A DNA stretch of 64,000 nucleotides from Clostridiales bacterium (GTDB lineage Bacteria > Bacillota > Clostridia > Oscillospirales > CAG-272), in contig JAEEJH010000079.1 of NCBI GenBank assembly GCA_016281775.1, positions 1,636-65,635 on the forward strand, given 5' to 3'. The position numbers and the translations under genes were made by a program. Positions 57,483-64,000 of the stretch are shown here, one piece after another. Each line of letters begins with the position of its first letter. Positions within the stretch are counted from its first letter, which is position 1. Below the pieces are notes generated by a model. That model did not search any database. It was not told the origin of the DNA and saw only the letters and a program-made list of their open reading frames with translations.

Positions 57483-59035
57483 TGAAACTTCCGAGCAGCC
57501 TTGTAAAATCGCCCGACGTTACGAAAAAAGAAAAATGGCTCGGGTATCTCATAGGTCCCGCCGGAGCGCTGCTCCTCAACGCCGTGCTCGCAACGTATCT
57601 GAACGTCTATTATACCGACGTGCTTAAACTTAAAGGACTGTGGGGTGGTCTGTTTCTCTTCATATTCCCGATAGTTTCAAAAGTCATCGACGCGGTCACG
57701 AACATCTTTATGGGAAGAGTTATCGACCGGACGAAAACGAAAGAAGGCAAGGCGCGTCCGTGGCTGTTCTTATCGGCGTTTCTCGTACCGCTGACCGCCG
57801 TTCTTCTCTTCACCGTGCCCGAATCGAGCGATACCGTAAAAGTCATCTGGGTCATACTGTCTTATAACCTGTTTTACTCGTTTGCATATACGATATTCAA
57901 TATGAGCCACAGTCTCATGGTGCCGCTGTCGACGAGAAACGGCAAAGACAGAGGCGGCCTTTCCGTATTCAACCAGATCACGACGATAATGATGTCGGGA
58001 ATACTCGTAGCTCTCGTCTTTCCCATGATCATCATGCCGGCGATAGGGGTCGACAAAGCGAAATGGATAACGCTCATGGCGATAATATCCATAGTCGCGC
58101 TGCCTCTGACGCTGCTCGAATATTTCTTTACGAAAGAACGTCTTACCGAAGAAGCCGACGACAAGACCGATAAAACTCTGTCGTTCAAAGACGCTGCAAA
58201 GATCATATTCGGCGATAAATACATGGTTCTCATCTACCTGTATTTCTTTGTCTATACTGTCGGTATGTGTATGAAGAACATAGGCCTCGTATATTACTGC
58301 AACTATGTTCTCGGCACTTATAACGACGGCGTTACGCAGATGCTCGTTTCGGTCATCGGCGGCATCCCCATGGGTATCGGTATATTCGCCGTCTGGCCGC
58401 TCGCAAAGCGTTTCGGCAAGCGAAACGTCACGATGTGGGGATTCGTTTTATACGCGACAGGTTCGCTCATATGCTGGATATTCCCGACGAACATGGTATT
58501 GGTGCTCGTCGGTCAGTTCATCAAGAACATCGGCGGTCTGCCGTGCGCTTACGTGTTCATGGCTCTGTTCGCCGACTGCCTTGATCATCTTGAATGGAAG
58601 ACGGGCAGACGCGTCGACGGCAATGCGATGTCGATATACAACATCATCGCCGTGGCGATGGTCGGCATCATCACCGGCGTTTTCAACCTGCTGCTTTTCA
58701 AGACCGGTTACATAGAACCGATGGAATTCAAAGCCGTAGCCGACGCGGGCTACCCCGCCATATCCGAAGCGGCGTCGCTTATCGGCGACAGAATACCGCA
58801 GATCGCGCTCGAACTCATCAAGCCTGACGGCAAAGGCATATACACCGTCGCGTTTGAACAACCCGAGGCTGTCGGGCGTATGTTCACTCTCGCGTTCGTC
58901 GGTATCGAAGTATTCACCGGCGTTATATCCGCCGTGATACTGAGATTCATAAACGTAGAAAAGACGATAGACAGTGAACAGGCGGAGATCAAAGCGCGGC
59001 ACGCCGCGAACAAGCAGGAGGCGGAAGCGGAATGA
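57482..59035 (+). CDS. Glycoside-pentoside-hexuronide (GPH/MelB-type) cation symporter
   Basis: 517 aa, about 12 TM helices. The N-terminal [13 protein letters not shown] and [17 protein letters not shown] motifs are typical of GPH transporters. Its start abuts the GH3 stop. Confidence 0.85.
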   Translation: MKLPSSLVKSPDVTKKEKWLGYLIGPAGALLLNAVLATYLNVYYTDVLKLKGLWGGLFLFIFPIVSKVIDAVTNIFMGRVIDRTKTKEGKARPWLFLSAFLVPLTAVLLFTVPESSDTVKVIWVILSYNLFYSFAYTIFNMSHSLMVPLSTRNGKDRGGLSVFNQITTIMMSGILVALVFPMIIMPAIGVDKAKWITLMAIISIVALPLTLLEYFFTKERLTEEADDKTDKTLSFKDAAKIIFGDKYMVLIYLYFFVYTVGMCMKNIGLVYYCNYVLGTYNDGVTQMLVSVIGGIPMGIGIFAVWPLAKRFGKRNVTMWGFVLYATGSLICWIFPTNMVLVLVGQFIKNIGGLPCAYVFMALFADCLDHLEWKTGRRVDGNAMSIYNIIAVAMVGIITGVFNLLLFKTGYIEPMEFKAVADAGYPAISEAASLIGDRIPQIALELIKPDGKGIYTVAFEQPEAVGRMFTLAFVGIEVFTGVISAVILRFINVEKTIDSEQAEIKARHAANKQEAEAE

Positions 59036-61560
59036 AAGCTGTAAAATTACATACCGAATACCTGATAAACCCTCTCGGTATCGACATACCGCGTCCTCGC
59101 CTTATGTGGAACTGTGAGGGCGGTATAAAGCAGACCGCTTATCGCATAGTGACCGAAAAGTGGGACAGCGGCAAAATCCCAAGCGCTTCTATGTATGCCG
59201 AATATCCGGTCGATACAGCCGACCGCGAACGCGTTACGTGGAAAATAACTCTGTGGGACGAAAACGGAGAACCCGGCGAGATCAGCGAAGCTTTTTTCGA
59301 GAACGGCATATCGTCATGGCGAGCGAAATGGATAACGGGCGGCTATAAGGTAAAAAAGAAAAACAGATATCCGGTCGACTGTTTCCGCAAAACGTTCAGC
59401 GCCGGAAAACCCGTCAAAGCGGCGCGGCTCTATATCACCGCGTGCGGTCTGTATGAAGCGAAGATAGACGGCGTAAAAGTCGGCAGTTTCTGCCTCGCGC
59501 CGGGTCACACCGATTACCGCAGGCGCGTACAGTATCAGACGTATGACGTGACCGGAATGATTAAGCGCGGCGAAAACGCTCTCACGGTACAGCTTGCCGA
59601 CGGATGGTACCGCGGCTCGTGCGGCGCGTGGGGACGCAGAAATCAGTACGGATCGGAAACGAAACTGCTCGCGCAGCTCGAGATAACTTACGAAGACGGC
59701 GCGGTTCAGACCGTTTGTACCGACGAAAGCTGGCAATGGTCAAACGACGGCCCGATACGCTTTGCTGACAACAAAGACGGTGAGACCGTCGAATCGTTCC
59801 GCTCCCCGTCGTATTCAAAAACCGCCAAAGTCACGCGTCACGGCACAGTACCTGTCTGTTCAAATAACGTACAGGTCGGCGAGCACGAAACGTTCGCACC
59901 GATCCTGATCACAACGCCGTCCGGCAAAAAAGTGCTCGATTTCGGGCAGAATATAGCGGGATATATACGTTTTTCGATGAACGCTCACGAAGGGGACTGC
60001 GTCGTTCTGCGCTTCGGCGAGATGCTCGACCGTAACGGCGAATTCACGCAGAAGAATTTTCAGCTGTCATATAAAGAACGCACAACTCCGCTTCAGCGTA
60101 TAGACTATACCTGCAAAGAAGGCTTGAACGAGTATAAAACGACGTTCGCCGTCTTCGGTTTCCGTTACGCGCTTATTGAGACGGAAGCGCCTTTCGATCC
60201 TTCAGACTTTACCGCCGTCGCCGTTTATTCCGATCTTGAGCAAACGGGAACGTTTGACTGCTCGAACGAACTGCTCAACCGCTTTTTCGACGCAGCGTTA
60301 TGGTCTGCGAAAGGCAATCACCTCGACGTGCCGACAGACTGTCCTACAAGAGAACGGCACGGCTGGTCGGGCGACGCGCTGATATTCGCAAATACGGCAA
60401 GCTATCTCTTCAATTTCGCGCCGTTTTCACGCAAATACGTAAACGATCTGAACGACGCACAGCATAAAAACGGCTGTTTTACTCAGATAGCTCCCGTCGG
60501 CGGCGTCGATTTCTATATGAGACCTATGGACGGCTCGGCGGGCTGGTCGGACGCCGGCGTGCTTATACCGTGGACGGTATACGTTAAATACGGCGACAGG
60601 CGTATACTTGAGCGGAATTATGAAAATATGCGCAGATTCGCGTTATACAAAATAAGGTCGATCGGCAGACTGTATCCGACTGCAAAGCCGACGGGCGTCG
60701 GTATAAAATATCGCGGTTCGATCTCCAATTATGGTCAGTCGTACGGAGAATGGGCGGAGCCCGTCGACGTCAACGCTTTCTCGGTATCAGATTTCATATC
60801 GCCGCATCCCGAGGAAACTACGGCTTATATCGTTTATATGCTGCGTCACATGGTAAAGATCGCCGGCATACTCGGTAAAACGGACGACGCGGCTTTATAT
60901 GAAAAGTACGCGGAAAAAGCGGTAAAAGGTTACAGGACGCTCGTCAGAACTAAAAAATACAGCCTCGATACCGACAGGCAGGCGAAACTCGTAAGACCGC
61001 TTTATATGGATCTGCTTGACGAAGAACAGGCCGAATTTGCAAAAAAGCGTCTTATAAAAGCGCTCGACAAATACGGCTGGCGGCTCGGCACGGGCTTTTT
61101 ATCCACTCCTATGATACTTTACGTTCTTTCTGATATAGATACGGAATACGCTTACCGTCTTCTTGAAAACGAAGAGATCCCCGGCTGGCTCTCCATGCCT
61201 AAGCACGGCGCGAACACGGTTTGGGAAAGCTGGGAGGGTCCGTACAAGTCCGACGGCGGTACAGATTCGCTGAACCACTACTCGAAAGGCGCGCTCGTCG
61301 AATGGCTATTCTCCTTTATGTGCGGCATCAACGTCACGGGCGAAAACCGATTTACAATCTCACCTCATCCGGGCGGCGGATTCACGTACGCAGAAGCCCG
61401 CTACGAAAGCGTATACGGCGCGGTCGTCAGCCGGTTTGACAGAACGATAGGTAATACGGTCTATACAGTGACCGTTCCGTGCGGATGCACGGCCGAAGTC
61501 ATACTGCCGGGCGGCAAGACGTTTACGGCAGGACCCGGAGTACATACCTATACAGAATAA
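59032..61560 (+). CDS. Alpha-L-rhamnosidase (GH78)
   Basis: 842 aa. It has the N-terminal [21 protein letters not shown] typical of bacterial rhamnosidase N-domains and the six-hairpin region [17 protein letters not shown]. It overlaps the transporter stop by 4 nt. Confidence 0.85.
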   Translation: MKAVKLHTEYLINPLGIDIPRPRLMWNCEGGIKQTAYRIVTEKWDSGKIPSASMYAEYPVDTADRERVTWKITLWDENGEPGEISEAFFENGISSWRAKWITGGYKVKKKNRYPVDCFRKTFSAGKPVKAARLYITACGLYEAKIDGVKVGSFCLAPGHTDYRRRVQYQTYDVTGMIKRGENALTVQLADGWYRGSCGAWGRRNQYGSETKLLAQLEITYEDGAVQTVCTDESWQWSNDGPIRFADNKDGETVESFRSPSYSKTAKVTRHGTVPVCSNNVQVGEHETFAPILITTPSGKKVLDFGQNIAGYIRFSMNAHEGDCVVLRFGEMLDRNGEFTQKNFQLSYKERTTPLQRIDYTCKEGLNEYKTTFAVFGFRYALIETEAPFDPSDFTAVAVYSDLEQTGTFDCSNELLNRFFDAALWSAKGNHLDVPTDCPTRERHGWSGDALIFANTASYLFNFAPFSRKYVNDLNDAQHKNGCFTQIAPVGGVDFYMRPMDGSAGWSDAGVLIPWTVYVKYGDRRILERNYENMRRFALYKIRSIGRLYPTAKPTGVGIKYRGSISNYGQSYGEWAEPVDVNAFSVSDFISPHPEETTAYIVYMLRHMVKIAGILGKTDDAALYEKYAEKAVKGYRTLVRTKKYSLDTDRQAKLVRPLYMDLLDEEQAEFAKKRLIKALDKYGWRLGTGFLSTPMILYVLSDIDTEYAYRLLENEEIPGWLSMPKHGANTVWESWEGPYKSDGGTDSLNHYSKGALVEWLFSFMCGINVTGENRFTISPHPGGGFTYAEARYESVYGAVVSRFDRTIGNTVYTVTVPCGCTAEVILPGGKTFTAGPGVHTYTE

Positions 61561-61565
61561 AAACT

Positions 61566-61602
61566 AAACGCGGCGTGCAGACGGAATGTGCGCCGCGTTT
61601 TT
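61566..61602 (+). terminator. Rho-independent terminator after the GH78 gene
   Basis: Stem AAACGCGGCG (61566-61575) with CGCCGCGTTT (61591-61600), followed by TTTTTG. Confidence 0.8.
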
Positions 61603-61623
61603 GTAATTTTTATATTCGGATAC

Positions 61624-61651
61624 TTGACAAAATGAATAAATGAAATATAAT
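61624..61651 (+). promoter_or_regulatory. Consensus sigma-A promoter for the LRR lipoprotein gene
   Basis: TTGACA (61624-61629), a 16-nt spacer, then TATAAT (61646-61651). Confidence 0.65.
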
Positions 61652-61685
61652 TATAGATAGATTTATACTTACGCGAGGTAACCGA

Positions 61686-62654
61686 ATGAAAAGAATAATT
61701 GCATTTTTGCTTGTGATCTTCACGCTTTCCGCGCTTGCGGCGTGCGGCGGCGCTAAACCTGCCGATACCGCGGCAGACACGAAAACCCAGGCAAACACTC
61801 AGCCTGCTCAGACGTCCGCACTGACGGAAAATCCTTCCGACCCGGGCGCCGATACGAAAGCGGCAGAGACCGAAACGCAGAGTGGCAAAGAACCGATCGC
61901 CGGCAGTGAAGGTCTTGCGGTATCCGAATCGATAGACGAATGCAGGATAACCGGCTTAGGCACGAGCACCGAAAAAGATATCGTGATCCCGTCGCATATT
62001 AACGGCAAACCGGTAACGCTTATTGACGAATGCGCTTTTCAGGAAAACAAGGAGATAACGAGCGTCGTCATTCCCTGGACGGTCAAAAAGATCGACGAAG
62101 ACGCTTTCGCGGGATGCACGGCTCTTGTTTCCGTCACTTTTTCGGAAGGTCTCGAATACATAAGCGAAGGCGGCTTTTACGGATGTTCTTCGCTTACGAA
62201 ACTTACTTTGCCTGCGTCGCTGATAAGCGTAGGCAACCGCGGTTTTGCTTACTGCGGAGCTCTGACCGAGTTAACTTTTCTCGGCAATACGACCGTTGTA
62301 AACAGCGGATTTAATGATTGCGAGAATCTCAAATCCATTGTATTTGAAGGCAAAACGGGCGAGTCTTATATGATACGCGACAACGCTTTTCAAAGCATCA
62401 AAGCTCTTGAACGCCTTGTGCTTGCTCCGGGACTTACGGAGATCGGATCCTGGAATTTCTCCGAATCCTCGCTTCTGAAAGCGGTATTCCTTCCCAAATC
62501 GATCACCAAGCTCGGCGCCTGCGCGTTTCTGCGTTCGGGTGTTGAAAAAGTATATTACGAGGGCACGGAGGAAGAATGGAAAAACGTGACGGTTAAAGAA
62601 GCGACGTTCACACCTGAAATAATATACAATTCAAGCCCTGAAGACGTAAAATGA
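61686..62654 (+). CDS. Leucine-rich-repeat (BspA/LRR_5-type) surface lipoprotein
   Basis: 322 aa. It has a lipobox (LSALAAC) and a Thr/Ala/Gln linker. Repeated units of about 23 residues follow (VVIPWTVKKIDEDAFAGCTALVSVTF, EGLEYISEGGFYGCSSLTKLTL, ...). Confidence 0.75.
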   Translation: MKRIIAFLLVIFTLSALAACGGAKPADTAADTKTQANTQPAQTSALTENPSDPGADTKAAETETQSGKEPIAGSEGLAVSESIDECRITGLGTSTEKDIVIPSHINGKPVTLIDECAFQENKEITSVVIPWTVKKIDEDAFAGCTALVSVTFSEGLEYISEGGFYGCSSLTKLTLPASLISVGNRGFAYCGALTELTFLGNTTVVNSGFNDCENLKSIVFEGKTGESYMIRDNAFQSIKALERLVLAPGLTEIGSWNFSESSLLKAVFLPKSITKLGACAFLRSGVEKVYYEGTEEEWKNVTVKEATFTPEIIYNSSPEDVK

Positions 62655-64000
62655 TGAAGCTGTTGAAAATCACGTCGCTTATACTCGTCATCGCCGCCGT
62701 CATCTCTGTTTTCGCCGGATGCGGAGCCTTTATAAGAAAGAATAACAGAACGGACGGTTCAGACGGCAGACCTACCGGCAAACGTGCTGAAGCGGATACC
62801 GTCAGGCTCTCTTCCGCGCTTGAGGGCGCAAAGCCGGGCGACAAGTTCGATCTCGGCGCGTGGGAACAGGACGGCAGCGCCAAAAACGGCGCGGAAGGCA
62901 TATCGTGGACCGTTCTTTATCAGGGCGTAGGCAAAGCGCTCGTGCTCGCAGAAAACGTTCTCGAATACGTTTATTTCAAAAATCCCGACAAAGACGTCAA
63001 ATTTGCGCGCTGTCTATACAGAGATTCGGATATAAGAGCGTATCTGAACTCCGATTTTTACACTAACGCTTTCACGGAAAACGAAAGATCGGTCATTTTA
63101 AAATCGTCGATAAAGACAAATTACGTAGAAGACTATCAGAACAAAACGTACGTGACGGAAGACAGAGTGTTTCTTCTGTCGGTAGACGAAGTCTCGAGAT
63201 ACGTGATCGGTGACGGCACCCGTCTGCACGGTATACCGACCGATTATCTCAACAGCAGATACGGCAAATACATGAGCCCTCTGCAGGACGTGCCGGGAAT
63301 CGAAAAAGCTATGTCGTGGTGGCTGCGCGATATGGGTTCTGACTCGGGCAGCGCCGCGTACGTCGCGGGCTTCGGCAAAAAGCCGGATACGATCGGCTGG
63401 GATATCGACAGCCGTGCCGGTCTCCGCCCCGCCATGTGGATCGTATATAACGAAACCGACATGAAGGCTTATGAAAACGGGCAGATAGAACCGAAGCCCG
63501 ATCGGGAGCTTGACGGGAAGATCGCTTCTCTGCAAGTCAGAGACAGGTTCGCTTTCGGCAGATACGATCTTGATCCGTATGAACTGAACGGTTATGAAGA
63601 TTTCGAATGGCTCGTACTCGGTGAAGACGACTCTTCTCTTCTGATCATGTCGGTCGGGCGAACGGAGCAGATGCCGTTTTTCGAGCGGTCGGGAGACGCG
63701 GTACCCGAAAAAGTCAACTGGGCTGTATCTACTCTTCGCGCATACATAAACAGTGCAGACTTTATAAACGGACTTTTCAGCCCGCAGGAAAAGGCTAAGC
63801 TGCTTCTTACTCACGTCACTACCGACGAATCCGCTTCTCTGTCTTACGGGCGCGACCCCGGCGGCGATACGGACGACTTTCTGTTCATACCGGAACGGGC
63901 GGAAATCGAAAGATATTTCCCGGATGAAGCGGCAAGAGGCCTCGGCGGCACGGCGACTTACTGGCTCCGCTCACCGGAGGGAAGTCTGCCGTATATGTAT
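62651..64000 (+). CDS. Lipoprotein with tandem DUF6273-like domains. The 3' end runs off the window.
   Basis: This is my own translation from ATG 62651, which overlaps the preceding stop (ATGA): MMKLLKITSLILVIAAVISVFAGC... . A module occurs twice: ISWTVLYQG.GKALVLAENVLEYVYF...IRAYLNSDFYTNAFTENERSVIL...RVFLLSVDEVSRY...WWLRD...GLRPAMWIV, then FEWLVLGEDDSSLLIM...LRAYINSADFINGLFSPQEK...FLFIPERAEIERYF...YWLRSP. There is no stop before 64000. The listed minus ORF 63098..63814 is its antisense shadow. Confidence 0.6.
   Translation, partial: MMKLLKITSLILVIAAVISVFAGCGAFIRKNNRTDGSDGRPTGKRAEADTVRLSSALEGAKPGDKFDLGAWEQDGSAKNGAEGISWTVLYQGVGKALVLAENVLEYVYFKNPDKDVKFARCLYRDSDIRAYLNSDFYTNAFTENERSVILKSSIKTNYVEDYQNKTYVTEDRVFLLSVDEVSRYVIGDGTRLHGIPTDYLNSRYGKYMSPLQDVPGIEKAMSWWLRDMGSDSGSAAYVAGFGKKPDTIGWDIDSRAGLRPAMWIVYNETDMKAYENGQIEPKPDRELDGKIASLQVRDRFAFGRYDLDPYELNGYEDFEWLVLGEDDSSLLIMSVGRTEQMPFFERSGDAVPEKVNWAVSTLRAYINSADFINGLFSPQEKAKLLLTHVTTDESASLSYGRDPGGDTDDFLFIPERAEIERYFPDEAARGLGGTATYWLRSPEGSLPYMY

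Noticed and set aside
1-64000. CRISPR arrays, rRNA/tRNA genes, transposases, integrases, toxin-antitoxin pairs or known defence-system genes
   Set aside because: No repeat-spacer periodicity, rRNA-like conserved blocks or tRNA cloverleaves were seen in the few noncoding gaps, all of which are under 700 nt. No ORF translation showed DDE, tyrosine-recombinase or serine-recombinase motifs, Cas motifs or RT motifs. An unaided visual scan cannot fully exclude short or degenerate elements.

Overview
This is a 64 kb chromosomal window from a Clostridia-class Firmicute. Supporting genes are PolC plus DnaE, WhiA, a YlmC/YmxH sporulation protein, and NifS/NifU-type Fe-S genes. Coding density is very high and about 80% of genes are on the minus strand.

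The core, about 10.6-42.7 kb, is a conserved housekeeping array: polC, ispG, rseP, dxr, cdsA, uppS, frr, pyrH, tsf, rpsB, ylmC, tyrS, recN, argR, nadK, tlyA, ispA, xseB, xseA, nusB, a class A PBP, dnaE, whiA and murB.

The accessory or unusual parts are:
1. The left edge holds a C-terminally truncated HUH rolling-circle Rep gene. Upstream of it lies a GC-rich, hairpin-dense noncoding block with iteron-like repeats. Together they look like the end of an integrated ssDNA phage- or plasmid-like element.
2. A tightly packed minus-strand block directly downstream of polC encodes a DUF5107-like protein, a Zn-ribbon membrane protein, an unusually short (700 aa) glycyl radical enzyme, its activase, a Zn-dependent alcohol dehydrogenase (ADH) and a SASA-type esterase.
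3. A roughly 600-nt highly structured noncoding RNA with its own consensus promoter sits between ispA and a small 4-TM protein. This is the syntenic position of OLE RNA and OapA, but dxs is missing from its usual place.
4. A TPR protein and a DUF4037 nucleotidyltransferase-like protein form an overlapping gene pair.
5. There is a roughly 1,000-aa surface lipoprotein with a glycoside-hydrolase-like core.
6. An Rrf2 regulator is divergent from a nifS-nifU-metY-cysK operon, with palindromic candidate operators between them.
7. An AraC regulator precedes a GH3, GPH-transporter and GH78 glycoside-utilisation locus.
8. Two surface lipoproteins (LRR and DUF6273-like) end the window.

I saw no rRNA, tRNA, CRISPR array, transposase or integrase. 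All calls come from reading the sequence and the ORF translations. No database search was run, so family names are recognition-based. RNA ends are approximate.
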